The notes below the pieces were generated by a model. It did no database searches. It worked only from the letters and a program-made list of their open reading frames with translations, and was not told where the DNA came from. Shown piece after piece: positions 7,550-17,207 of a stretch of DNA of 64,000 nucleotides (positions are counted from its first letter, which is position 1; every line of letters begins with the position of its first letter). The position numbers and the translations under genes are program-made. This DNA is from an uncultured bacterium (lineage in GTDB: Bacteria; Margulisbacteria; WOR-1; CAVSGV01): positions 96,001-160,000 of the forward strand of contig CAVYHE010000007.1 in NCBI GenBank assembly GCA_963768305.1, read 5' to 3'.

Positions 7550-9045
7550 TGAACCCCCTGGCTCAAACAGACACGCTCGACTGGATAAAAGAACGGATAA
7601 AACCGGAAGAAAATCTCCGATATTGTGGCGAAGACCAGGACTTCATCAGCGAATACGAGATCTACAGGAACCTTGAAGCCAACAGAAATCCATCCAAACA
7701 TCAGGTAAGAGATATTATTCAGAAAGCTTTGACAATAACAAGGCTTGAGCCGGAAGAAACAGCCGTGCTCCTGAACGTAACTTCAGAGGGAATGCTGGAG
7801 GAAATATTCGACGCCGCGGGAAGGATAAAAGTTTCCGTCTATGATAACCGGATAGTAACTTTCGCACCCCTTTATTGCGGCAGCGTTTGCGTAAATAACT
7901 GCGGCTACTGCGCGTTCAGGTCCGGGAACTCCGAAGAAAAAAGGCGGGTCCTGACGCAGGATGAGGTCAAGAAAGAAACTGAGGTTCTGGCCGGAGAGAT
8001 CGGCCATAAAAGATTGATCACCGTGTTCGGCGAGCATCCGGCAACGGGGATCGATTATATTACTGAGACGCTTGGTACAATATATAATGTAAAGGTCCCC
8101 ACAAGGACTGGTACCGCGAATATCAGGCGCGTGAACGTCAATTCGGCGCCGTTCTCCATCGAGGAATTAAAGCTCCTGAAACAGGCGAAGATAGGCACTT
8201 ACCAGGTTTTTCAGGAAACATACCATCATCAGACATATTCCAGGGTCCACCCGAAGGGCACGATAAAATCCGATTATCAATGGCGTCTTTACGCTCTTCA
8301 CCGGGCGCAGGAAGCCGGTATTGATGACGTGGCGATCGGCGCGCTTTTCGGGTTATATGATTGGAAGTTCGAAGTTATGGGGCTTCTTCATCACGCGATC
8401 GACCTTGAAAAGCATTTCGGAGTCGGGCCGCATACGATATCTTTCCCCCGCCTTGAGCCGGCGGCCGGTTCGAACCTGGGTGGGACTGAATTCAAGGTTT
8501 CGGACGATGATTTCAGGAAACTTGTAGCGATCATCAGGTTGTCTGTTCCCTACTCCGGCATGATATTGACAGCGCGGGAAACTCCCCAGATGCGAAGGTC
8601 TGTTATTCCTCTGGGAGTGACGCAAACTGATGCTTCCACAAAGATCGGCATCGGCGCTTATTCCGACAGATACAGTGACCAGGAATCCGAGCGCCAGCAG
8701 TTCATGCTCGGCGATACTCGAAATCTTGACGAAGTGATCCGCGAGCTCGCCGGCGACGGATACATCACCAGCTTTTGCACGGCGGGATACAGGTGTTCAA
8801 GGACCGGCAAGTGCATTCTTGATATGCTTAAGTCCGGGAAAGAAAGATGGTTCTGCAAACTGAATGCCGTGCTGACGTTCCAGGAATGGCTTAACGATTT
8901 CGCAAGCCCGGAAACAAAAGCGATCGGCGAAGCTTTGATCAAGAAAGAAGTCGAGGAGATCAAGCAGCAAGTGCCTAATATTTACCCGCAATTCGCCTCC
9001 ATGTTCGACAGGATAATGACCGGAGAACGGGACCTGTACTTCTAA
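7549..9045 (+). CDS. hydG: HydG-family radical SAM tyrosine lyase (variant auxiliary-cluster motif)
   Basis: FAPLY..CVNNCGYC (CxxxCxxC), GHKRL, IGTYQVFQETYH, GIDDVAIG, GVGPHTISFPR, C-terminal SFCTAGYRC...FCKLNA and GERDLYF; 498 aa, longer than ThiH. Confidence 0.85.
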   Translation: MNPLAQTDTLDWIKERIKPEENLRYCGEDQDFISEYEIYRNLEANRNPSKHQVRDIIQKALTITRLEPEETAVLLNVTSEGMLEEIFDAAGRIKVSVYDNRIVTFAPLYCGSVCVNNCGYCAFRSGNSEEKRRVLTQDEVKKETEVLAGEIGHKRLITVFGEHPATGIDYITETLGTIYNVKVPTRTGTANIRRVNVNSAPFSIEELKLLKQAKIGTYQVFQETYHHQTYSRVHPKGTIKSDYQWRLYALHRAQEAGIDDVAIGALFGLYDWKFEVMGLLHHAIDLEKHFGVGPHTISFPRLEPAAGSNLGGTEFKVSDDDFRKLVAIIRLSVPYSGMILTARETPQMRRSVIPLGVTQTDASTKIGIGAYSDRYSDQESERQQFMLGDTRNLDEVIRELAGDGYITSFCTAGYRCSRTGKCILDMLKSGKERWFCKLNAVLTFQEWLNDFASPETKAIGEALIKKEVEEIKQQVPNIYPQFASMFDRIMTGERDLYF

Positions 9046-9048
9046 ATT

Positions 9049-10119
9049 ATGATAGCGATCATCGGCGGCGGGATAATCGGGACATCAATCGCATATTACT
9101 TATCAAAAGCCGGCATCAAAGATATCGTCTTATATGAAAAAGAGAACCTGCTTGGTACCGGCGCCACGCAATACTGCTCCGGCGGCGTAAGGTATCAGTT
9201 CACCACGCCTATCAATGTGAAATTCTCCATAGAAGCTTTCAAGGAGCTGGAAAAATTCGATATCGGTATGAAACGATATGGTTATTTAATACTTGATATG
9301 GAAGGCGATCCAAAAGCAAGGATAAAGATGCAGAACGAGCTCGGGGTCAAGAGCGAATATCTGGCCCCGGCTGATATTAAAGCTCGTTTCCCGTTCATCG
9401 ATATCGAAGGCGTAAAAGGCGGTTCGTTCCACAGGCTCGATGGGATCGCGGAGCCCGCTAAGCTGCTCGAGATATATGCAAAAGAAGCAAAAAGAGATGG
9501 GGTTAAATTTGAGTTTGAGACTAAGGTTGAAAGCATCGTCAAAGATAATGGAAAAGTCGTGGGGATCAAAACTAACAAAGGAGATTTCAAGGCTGATACC
9601 GTGATACTTGCGGCCGGGCCGCAATCGATGGAGCTTGGCAAGACAATAGGCATTGATATTCCGATCGTCCACAGAAGAAAATATGTTGTGGTGATAAGCG
9701 GGTTTGATTTCGATTATCCAGTCACAATGGAGATACCGACCGGCTGGTACATAAAAAAAGAGGGCGAAGACGCGCTTGTCGGCATGTCGGGAAAGGACGA
9801 GAAGATCGATTTTGATTCCCAGCAAGCGTCCGTCGACGAAACAATAGAAGCATCCATAAAGAGGGTCCCGCAAACCGAGAATTCATCCATAAAAAAAGTG
9901 ATGAGCACCATGAGCGACGAAACGCCGGACAAGCACGCGATAATAGACAACTCGATACCCGGGCTGATAATTTGCACCGGATTCTCCGGCCACGGCTTCA
10001 TGCATTCTCCCGCGGTCGGCATGGTCGTAACGAACTTGATCAAGAAGGAAAAGCCTATATTAGATATCTCTGAACTGAAGCTGAAGAGAAGCCACATCAA
10101 AGAACCCATCGCGATTTAA
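9049..10119 (+). CDS. FAD-dependent oxidoreductase, DAO/glycine/sarcosine oxidase beta family
   Basis: IIGGGIIGTSIAY dinucleotide fold, GATQYCSGGVRYQF, DETPD, GFSGHGFMHSPAVG. Confidence 0.88.
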   Translation: MIAIIGGGIIGTSIAYYLSKAGIKDIVLYEKENLLGTGATQYCSGGVRYQFTTPINVKFSIEAFKELEKFDIGMKRYGYLILDMEGDPKARIKMQNELGVKSEYLAPADIKARFPFIDIEGVKGGSFHRLDGIAEPAKLLEIYAKEAKRDGVKFEFETKVESIVKDNGKVVGIKTNKGDFKADTVILAAGPQSMELGKTIGIDIPIVHRRKYVVVISGFDFDYPVTMEIPTGWYIKKEGEDALVGMSGKDEKIDFDSQQASVDETIEASIKRVPQTENSSIKKVMSTMSDETPDKHAIIDNSIPGLIICTGFSGHGFMHSPAVGMVVTNLIKKEKPILDISELKLKRSHIKEPIAI

Positions 10120-10166
10120 CCTCGTTATTTTCATTTTTCTCGTAAAATTGAGGTATAATTGGCAAC

Positions 10167-13040
10167 ATGACGGCGCCGGAAAATGTTAAACTAGAACTTC
10201 CCCTAGAGCTTGAGAAGAAGATCGATTTGTTTCGCAGGAACCTTGCCCAATATGAATCAAATTCTTACCCTGAAGAACAACTCCGTTTGGATTTCATCAA
10301 TGTGTTATTTGAATCTCTTGGATGGGATATTGACAATAATGCTGGGAAAATCGAGGAATTCAGAGAAGTAAAGCTTGAGAACACACTGGAGTCTCAAGGA
10401 ACCCAGAAGTTTCCTGATTATGACTTTAGAGTGGGTGGAGAAACATCAAATCCGTATTCTTTTTACGTTGAAGCAAAAAAGGTTAAAATAGAAATAAAGC
10501 CGAAAGATAAGCCCTCCGATGAAACCACAAAAGCTGTTTTTCAATTAAGAAGATACGGGCATTCGGCGCGCAGAAAGATTTCGATCCTGACAAATTTCAA
10601 GGAGTTCGCGATATACGATACCCGCGTGCCAATCAAACATAACGACAAACCAGATGTTGCAAGGATATTTTATTGCACATTTGAAGAATATGAGAAGTAC
10701 TGGAAGTTTCTTTCAGACAATCTCAGCCAGGAAAACATACAAAAAGGGAGCATTAATAATCTTCTTAATATCAGCAGTAAAAAAGGCTCCCAGGAAATAG
10801 ACAAGGGCTTGTTAATGCTGATTGAGGAATGGAGATGCGATCTTGCCAAGGACATAGCGCGAAACAACAAGAAAACCGACGTTCCCCAGATAAATACGGC
10901 GGTACAGAAAATAATCGATCGCATTATCTTCTTGAGGATATGCGAGGAAAAAGGGATAGAGACTTTTGACGCACTACTTAATATTGTTCAAAAAGAGAAA
11001 AATATTTACCCTAAATTAGTCGCGCATTTCGAACATGCCAACGGAAAGTATAACAGCGAGCTGTTCAAGCCCGAGCCATCAATCGACGGCCTGGTGATCG
11101 AAGACGAAATCCTTTGTCAGATCATAACCGAGCTTTATCCGCCAAAATGCAATTACGCATTCATATTGCTTCCAGTAGAGATCCTGGGGAACATATACGA
11201 ACAATTTCTGGGCAGGACCATACATCTTACCGAAACGCATCAGGCCCGCATAGAAGAAAAGCCAGAAGTAAGGAAGGCTGGCGGAGTTTATTACACGCCA
11301 AAGTATATCGTCGATTACATCGTCAAGAATACCGTCGGCGAGAAAATCAATGGACTTACGCCGAAAGAGATAGAGAAGATAAAGATACTCGATCCGGCTT
11401 GCGGTTCTGGCTCGTTCCTGCTGGGGGCTTATGCGTATTTACTTTACTATCATCTGGCGTATTACGTGAAGAAGGACAATCTTATCAAGGCGATGAAGAA
11501 TGAAAATGTTTATCAGGCGGGACCAAATTCTTACAAGCTGACCATTAAAGAAAAGCAGAACATTCTGGTAAATAACTTGTTTGGAGTGGATATAGACGCG
11601 CAAGCTGTGGAGGTAACCAAGCTTTCTTTGATGCTGAAGTTGCTAGAAGGAGAAAGTGATGAAAGCGCGGGGAAACTCTTTAAATATAGCGATACAAAGC
11701 TTCTCCCAACATTATCCAGTAACATCAAATGCGGTAACTCGCTGATAGGACCCGACTTTTATAAAGGCAATTTACAATTATTTGATGATAGAGAGCTAAA
11801 AGCGAAGGTTAATGATTTTGATTGGAGTGACAAAGTAAAAGGTTTTGGCGAAATCATGGCAGGCGGAGGTTTTGATTGTGTATTAGGCAACCCGCCGTAC
11901 GGGGCATTATTTGCTGATGCCGAAAAACTATATCTTAATAATAAATATTCGACTTCAATCAAAAATAATAATTCATATGTCATGTTCTTTGAGCGAGGTA
12001 TTGAGCTGTTGCGTAAAAATGGAATACTAAGTCTTTTGACTCCTACAACATATTTAACTGGAGACAATTTTATTTCATTGAGAAAAGCCTTTCTATTAAA
12101 GGATTTACTTGAAATTGTTAAACTGCCGTATAATGTTTTTGAAGATGCCTATATAGATACATGTATTTCAACAATTAAAAATGAAACCTTCAAAAAAGCT
12201 ATTAACTTAGCCTTGATCCCTCCTAAGGAAAAATTAAATACAAGTGACGACATTTCAAGGTATGTTAAAGCTGGCAATAAAGCCATGTGGGCAAGCACAT
12301 CTCCTTATAATTTCGTATTAAATACAGATTTGACAACAATTAATACGAAAATTCGCAGCAATCCACACGTTAAAATGGAAGATATTGCAAAAGTTGACAG
12401 AGGCTCTCTACCGCCAAAATTATTTTATAAAGGCGCGGTAGATAATAAGAAAGCTTTTAATTGGTTTGATGGACAAATATATAGATATCAATTTATTGAA
12501 AGCTATTCAGTGAAAATTAAATGTGACGATTTAAATGAATTTAAAACTGCAGATATGTTCATAGGTAAACGAATTTTATTGCGGCAACTCATAAGTAGGC
12601 AGTTTCGCCTTAATGCAATGGTTGTTGACCGCCCATTTGCGTTCAAAAAGAATATTTATTGTATTCATGGTATTGATAAGGGTTATGATGAGAGATATTT
12701 ATTAGCGATAATCAACTCAAAATTGTTTTCATATTTTGTTTATAATTCAATTGCAGGGATGCAGAAAAATGATTTTCCTAGCTTAAGTTTAAATGATGCA
12801 AGAAATATGCCAATAAGGACAATTTCTACGCAAAACGAGAAAATGGAAGAAGGGGAAATAGTTCGGTTAGTTGATCAAATGCTCGAAACACAGAAAAAGG
12901 TGCATTCTGCTAAGTCCGAAAGCGACAAGAAGCACTATCAGCAGAAAATAGAGATGCTTGATAAGCAGATAGATGATCTTGTTTATAAGCTATATGGGTT
13001 AACACCGGAGGAGATCAAGGTGGTGGAGGAGAACAAGTGA
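10167..13040 (+). CDS. Type IIG restriction-modification enzyme (nuclease + N6-adenine MTase + target recognition domain; Eco57I-like)
   Basis: N-terminal PDY...VEAKK nuclease motif; EILGNIYEQFLG, GVYYTP, DPACGSGSF (motif I), GNPPY (motif IV); C-terminal IDDLVYKLYGLTPEEI. Confidence 0.9.
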   Translation: MTAPENVKLELPLELEKKIDLFRRNLAQYESNSYPEEQLRLDFINVLFESLGWDIDNNAGKIEEFREVKLENTLESQGTQKFPDYDFRVGGETSNPYSFYVEAKKVKIEIKPKDKPSDETTKAVFQLRRYGHSARRKISILTNFKEFAIYDTRVPIKHNDKPDVARIFYCTFEEYEKYWKFLSDNLSQENIQKGSINNLLNISSKKGSQEIDKGLLMLIEEWRCDLAKDIARNNKKTDVPQINTAVQKIIDRIIFLRICEEKGIETFDALLNIVQKEKNIYPKLVAHFEHANGKYNSELFKPEPSIDGLVIEDEILCQIITELYPPKCNYAFILLPVEILGNIYEQFLGRTIHLTETHQARIEEKPEVRKAGGVYYTPKYIVDYIVKNTVGEKINGLTPKEIEKIKILDPACGSGSFLLGAYAYLLYYHLAYYVKKDNLIKAMKNENVYQAGPNSYKLTIKEKQNILVNNLFGVDIDAQAVEVTKLSLMLKLLEGESDESAGKLFKYSDTKLLPTLSSNIKCGNSLIGPDFYKGNLQLFDDRELKAKVNDFDWSDKVKGFGEIMAGGGFDCVLGNPPYGALFADAEKLYLNNKYSTSIKNNNSYVMFFERGIELLRKNGILSLLTPTTYLTGDNFISLRKAFLLKDLLEIVKLPYNVFEDAYIDTCISTIKNETFKKAINLALIPPKEKLNTSDDISRYVKAGNKAMWASTSPYNFVLNTDLTTINTKIRSNPHVKMEDIAKVDRGSLPPKLFYKGAVDNKKAFNWFDGQIYRYQFIESYSVKIKCDDLNEFKTADMFIGKRILLRQLISRQFRLNAMVVDRPFAFKKNIYCIHGIDKGYDERYLLAIINSKLFSYFVYNSIAGMQKNDFPSLSLNDARNMPIRTISTQNEKMEEGEIVRLVDQMLETQKKVHSAKSESDKKHYQQKIEMLDKQIDDLVYKLYGLTPEEIKVVEENK

Positions 13041-13615
13041 GTGGCTTACCTGTAATAGACATAGAAAAAGAGATATTGAAGATATTAATGTCCCCTATGC
13101 TTTATGGGAAAGATCGAATATCAAATAATCAGCCTATTTCTATAGGTGAAACTGATGCAAGAAAATACTTAATCTTAACTATGCACCATGTTCTCGAGTA
13201 TAGTATTGCGCGTTTATATATTGAGCATTATGTAAAACATTATAGTAAGCGCGAGAGTGACGAATTTACTTCCGAGATATTTGCTAAATTAAGTTTTCCA
13301 GCGAAACAGAAGTTCATATTAAACAGAGGGATGAAAACACACGTTGCGGCATACGAGAGAATCAACTCCATTAGAAATAAAATTGCTCATGGTTTAAAAA
13401 TATCATCAGATATTCTTGACAACAAAAAGCTGTTGATTCTTATAAACGAGTGTATTTCGTTTCAAAAAAGTCTCCATTCTGCATATTTGAGAAGATATCA
13501 ACGCAACAAAGCGATGTTTAGTGAATACCTAAAACATAAAGCACAAAAGAAGGTATATAGCTCTATTATAAAAAAAGGTTTGTTATCAAATCAAACAAAA
13601 CAATCGCCTTCATAA
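13037..13615 (+). CDS. Hypothetical AT-rich protein with RxxxxH (HEPN/MtlR-like) motif
   Basis: 192-aa ORF, GTG overlapping the RM stop; HHVLEYSI and SIRNKIAHG. Confidence 0.55.
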   Translation: MSGLPVIDIEKEILKILMSPMLYGKDRISNNQPISIGETDARKYLILTMHHVLEYSIARLYIEHYVKHYSKRESDEFTSEIFAKLSFPAKQKFILNRGMKTHVAAYERINSIRNKIAHGLKISSDILDNKKLLILINECISFQKSLHSAYLRRYQRNKAMFSEYLKHKAQKKVYSSIIKKGLLSNQTKQSPS

Positions 13616-13688
13616 GCTTATTTTGAAACTTTTATCTCGATCTTCCCCTTAGCAGGCAAGGATTTTATTTGATATAATGTCTTTTCCA

Positions 13689-15824
13689 ATGTCCACGATC
13701 ATCAAGAGTTTGAACCCGAAACAGCAGGAAGCGGCAACTCACACCGACGGCCCGTTATTGATAATCGCAGGTGCGGGAAGCGGAAAGACAAGGGTCTTGA
13801 CGCATCGTATCGCCTACCTGATCAAAGAGCATAATGTCCCGCCGTCATCTATCCTTGCAGTCACATTCACAAACAAAGCCGCGAAAGAAATGGCCCACAG
13901 GCTTAACCGCCTCACCGGAATACTTTCGCGCCAGCTGTGGATAGGGACTTTCCATTCGGTCTGCGGCAGGATACTTCGTCGCGACATAGACAAGATCGGC
14001 TGGAGAAAAGATTTCCTGATATTCGACGAGTATGACCAGGAGTCCCTGATAAGGGAAATAATAAAGGAATTGGATCTGGACGACAGGTTCAAGCCCAGCG
14101 TCTTGCGCGAAAAGATAAGCAAGGCAAAGAACGAATTCAAGTCGCCGGAAGAATATGAGGACACGGCGCTTGATTTCTCCGCGGAAAAAGTCGCGGCCGC
14201 ATACAAGCTTTATCAGAAAAAACTTTTCGAGAATAACGCGATGGATTTTGACGATATGCTCATCCTTGCCGTTAAGCTTTTCAGGGAATGCCCCGCGGTG
14301 CTCGCATCCTACCAGGACAGGTTCAGGTATATCAGCGTCGATGAATACCAGGACACGAACCTTGTCCAATACACCCTCACCAACATGCTCGCGAAAAAGC
14401 ACCGCAATATCTGCGTGGTGGGCGACAACGACCAGTCCATTTACGGATGGCGGGGCGCGGACTTTCGTAACATCCTGAATTTCGAGCGCGACTACAGGGA
14501 CGCGAAAGTGGTCCTGCTGGAGCAGAATTATCGATCAACCAAAACTATACTGGACGCCGCGAACAGCGTAATCGCCAACAACAGGCAGAGAAAGGACAAG
14601 AACCTGTGGACCGAAAATCCGGAAGGCGACCTAATAGAGCATTTCACCGCTCCTGATTCCCACGGCGAGGCAAGATATGTGACCGATGAACTGAAAAAGC
14701 TGGCGGATAGATATATGTACAATGACTTCGCGATATTTTACAGGACCAACGCGCAGTCCCGCGTGATGGAAGAGGTTTTGATGCAAGAGGGCATCCCGTA
14801 CAGGATAGTGAGCGGCGTGAAATTCTACGAAAGGGCCGAGATAAAGGACATTCTTTCTTATCTGAGACTGATAGTGAATGCAAAGGACAACATGAGCGCA
14901 TCGCGCCTGATAATGAACACGCTTGAAGGAGTTGGCAAAGGCACGCTGAAAAAGCTGGAGCTGGCGGGAGAAAAGGATAATAAGTCGATATTCGAGGTCA
15001 TACAGGATGTTGATAAGCTGGAGCTTTCGCCAAAATTGAAAAAGCTTATCCAGAGGTTCGTAGATCTGATCAACGGCTTTAAATTCGACCTTCCTAATTT
15101 CACCGCCGCCGAGATGATAGAGAAAGTGATAAATGAATCGGGATACAGGCAAAAACTTGAGCTGGAAGCCACTCCCGAGGCTATCAGCAGAGTAGAAAAT
15201 ATCAAGGAATTGATATCGGTCGCTAAGGAATTCGAAAAGAATTCTGATGAGCAGAATTTATCCGCCTTCCTTATGCAGGTCTCGCTTATGACAGACCTGG
15301 ATAAGTTGGATGAGAACACTCCCGCCGTGACTCTTATGACCATACACAGCGCTAAGGGCCTGGAATTCCCGGTGGTATTCATCATAGGGATGGAAGAAGG
15401 GATATTCCCCCACTATCGAAGTCTTACTGAACCATCGGAGCTGGAGGAGGAGCGTCGCCTCTGTTATGTGGGAATGACAAGAGCGAAGAAAAGATTATAT
15501 CTGGTTTCGGCGGAAGAAAGGTTGATATTCGGCGAGAACTGGTTCAATGGCCCGTCAAGGTTCATAGAAGAAATACCGAAAGAACTGATAAAAGCTGACA
15601 TGGCATCAAAAGATAAAGGCATTGAAAAGATCGATATCGGCGTGCCGGCCGAAGAGATCGAATATCATTATAATGTAGGGGATGCTATTGCCCATCCGAA
15701 ATTCGGGCACGGGGAGATCACTGGCTTGTCGGGCAAAGGAAGTGAGCTGATGATCCAGGTGAGTTTCGAATCCGCGGGAGAAAAACTGCTGATGGCCAAG
15801 TACGCCCCTCTCAGCAAAATATAA
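13689..15824 (+). CDS. pcrA: ATP-dependent DNA helicase PcrA/UvrD
   Basis: AGAGSGKT, TFTNKAA, DEYQDTN, LEQNYRS, TIHSAKGLEFP, EEERRLCYVGMTRA, C-terminal Tudor-like HPKFG; alternative start 13677. Confidence 0.96.
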   Translation: MSTIIKSLNPKQQEAATHTDGPLLIIAGAGSGKTRVLTHRIAYLIKEHNVPPSSILAVTFTNKAAKEMAHRLNRLTGILSRQLWIGTFHSVCGRILRRDIDKIGWRKDFLIFDEYDQESLIREIIKELDLDDRFKPSVLREKISKAKNEFKSPEEYEDTALDFSAEKVAAAYKLYQKKLFENNAMDFDDMLILAVKLFRECPAVLASYQDRFRYISVDEYQDTNLVQYTLTNMLAKKHRNICVVGDNDQSIYGWRGADFRNILNFERDYRDAKVVLLEQNYRSTKTILDAANSVIANNRQRKDKNLWTENPEGDLIEHFTAPDSHGEARYVTDELKKLADRYMYNDFAIFYRTNAQSRVMEEVLMQEGIPYRIVSGVKFYERAEIKDILSYLRLIVNAKDNMSASRLIMNTLEGVGKGTLKKLELAGEKDNKSIFEVIQDVDKLELSPKLKKLIQRFVDLINGFKFDLPNFTAAEMIEKVINESGYRQKLELEATPEAISRVENIKELISVAKEFEKNSDEQNLSAFLMQVSLMTDLDKLDENTPAVTLMTIHSAKGLEFPVVFIIGMEEGIFPHYRSLTEPSELEEERRLCYVGMTRAKKRLYLVSAEERLIFGENWFNGPSRFIEEIPKELIKADMASKDKGIEKIDIGVPAEEIEYHYNVGDAIAHPKFGHGEITGLSGKGSELMIQVSFESAGEKLLMAKYAPLSKI

Positions 15825-15827
15825 TGA

Positions 15828-17119
15828 TTACGGTTCCGTTATAATTAATTCTTCAGTATTATATAACATACAATCAAAATATTCATTGCTGTTTATAACG
15901 TTCATCATATTCAATCCGGGGAAGTTAACATCTTTAACGGCTGTTATGTCAACATAATAACTTCCGGAAGGCATTATATTAAAAACAGAAGCGGGTATCT
16001 TGATACTTGTATCTGTTGTATATCCGATCCAAGAAAAACTGGAACTGACACCAGAAAGTTGAACATCGTAATAAGTAGCCCAGCCAACCGCTTGCCACTC
16101 AAATGAAGTAGTTGCCGTCAAAGTTTCTCCACTAGCAGGATGAGTTATGAATGACAAAGTCGGCAGGGAATATAAATTCATGTTTATATTTTGTGCCTCT
16201 GCAGAAGTATAAAAGAAGTTTTTTTTAAAATAATTATTCGCCGTCGGATGGTTGATTCCCAGATCATAACAATATGAATCTCCAGATATAAGCCCGGGTA
16301 ATCGATCAATGATTATTGGATTTGCAGTGGAATCCACATACCCACCATATCCAACAAGTGTTTGATCGTGGTAAATATAAACGCAGGCATATTTATTGAA
16401 ATAGCCCGAAGGAAGAGAAACGGTTGCGTCAATTGTCTTATTGGCATTTGCCGGCAGCACAACATAATTTATGCTTCCGCCGCCGCCTGTGTTGACAACA
16501 TTGTATTGGTAAATGTCGGAGCCCGAGTAGTCTGCGCCTATACACACATAAGCTGTTTCATTCGCACCGGCTCCCGTTATTTCGAAAGTGCCAGTGTTCT
16601 TATCAAAGAACTCGGAAATATCAGAATAATATTTTCCTGATAAGTAATGGATGGATAAGTCGATGTCGCTTGGCGGCGATGCTAAACCCTCCATTATTCC
16701 TTCTATAGTGCAGGTTCCTGTCGGCGAAGTGCCGATCCTCCCTGGGCAAAGTTCACAGTGCTGTTGTTGCATACCAGGGTCTGTGTGTGAGTATATCCTT
16801 CTTTAGTCAGAGATAATGTTACCTCTCCGTGGGGCAGACCGGTGAAAGTATATTTGCCCTGAGAATCCACCTTCACGGTAACCTCAGCGGACATCGCCTC
16901 CGCTGTCACCGATACATAAGCATCTTGGGTTGGTATATATGTAGCTGTTGAATTATCATAAATATAAACAGTTCCGGACACAGTCCCCACATTTGGATTT
17001 GATCCTGAGCTTCCGCCGCTACCCCCCCCCGTCGGATTTCCGCAGCCGGAGATAAATATGAAAACACCGAAGATCAATAAAGAGATTAATGCGAAAAAAA
17101 TCCTGTTTTTGAGGAACAT
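15828..17119 (-). CDS. Surface lipoprotein with carboxypeptidase-regulatory-like domain; frameshift near 16745
   Basis: Signal peptide and lipobox FISGC, Gly/Ser linker, GKYTFTGLPHGEVTLSLTKEGY; ORFs 16703..17167 and 15828..16772 join if one C is added (GCC CCA GGG). Confidence 0.7.
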
Positions 17120-17207
17120 TATGGTGTGATTATAATTCTGAATTCTTTGATATACAAGCAATACCACCTCTTACAAAAGCCCCGTGATTGTGGTAAAATC
17201 CGTCCAA

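Noticed and set aside
7549..9045. Thiamine biosynthesis ThiH
   Set aside because: It carries the HydG-specific C-terminal Cys domain and GPHTIS motif, and no thiG, thiS or thiF is in the window
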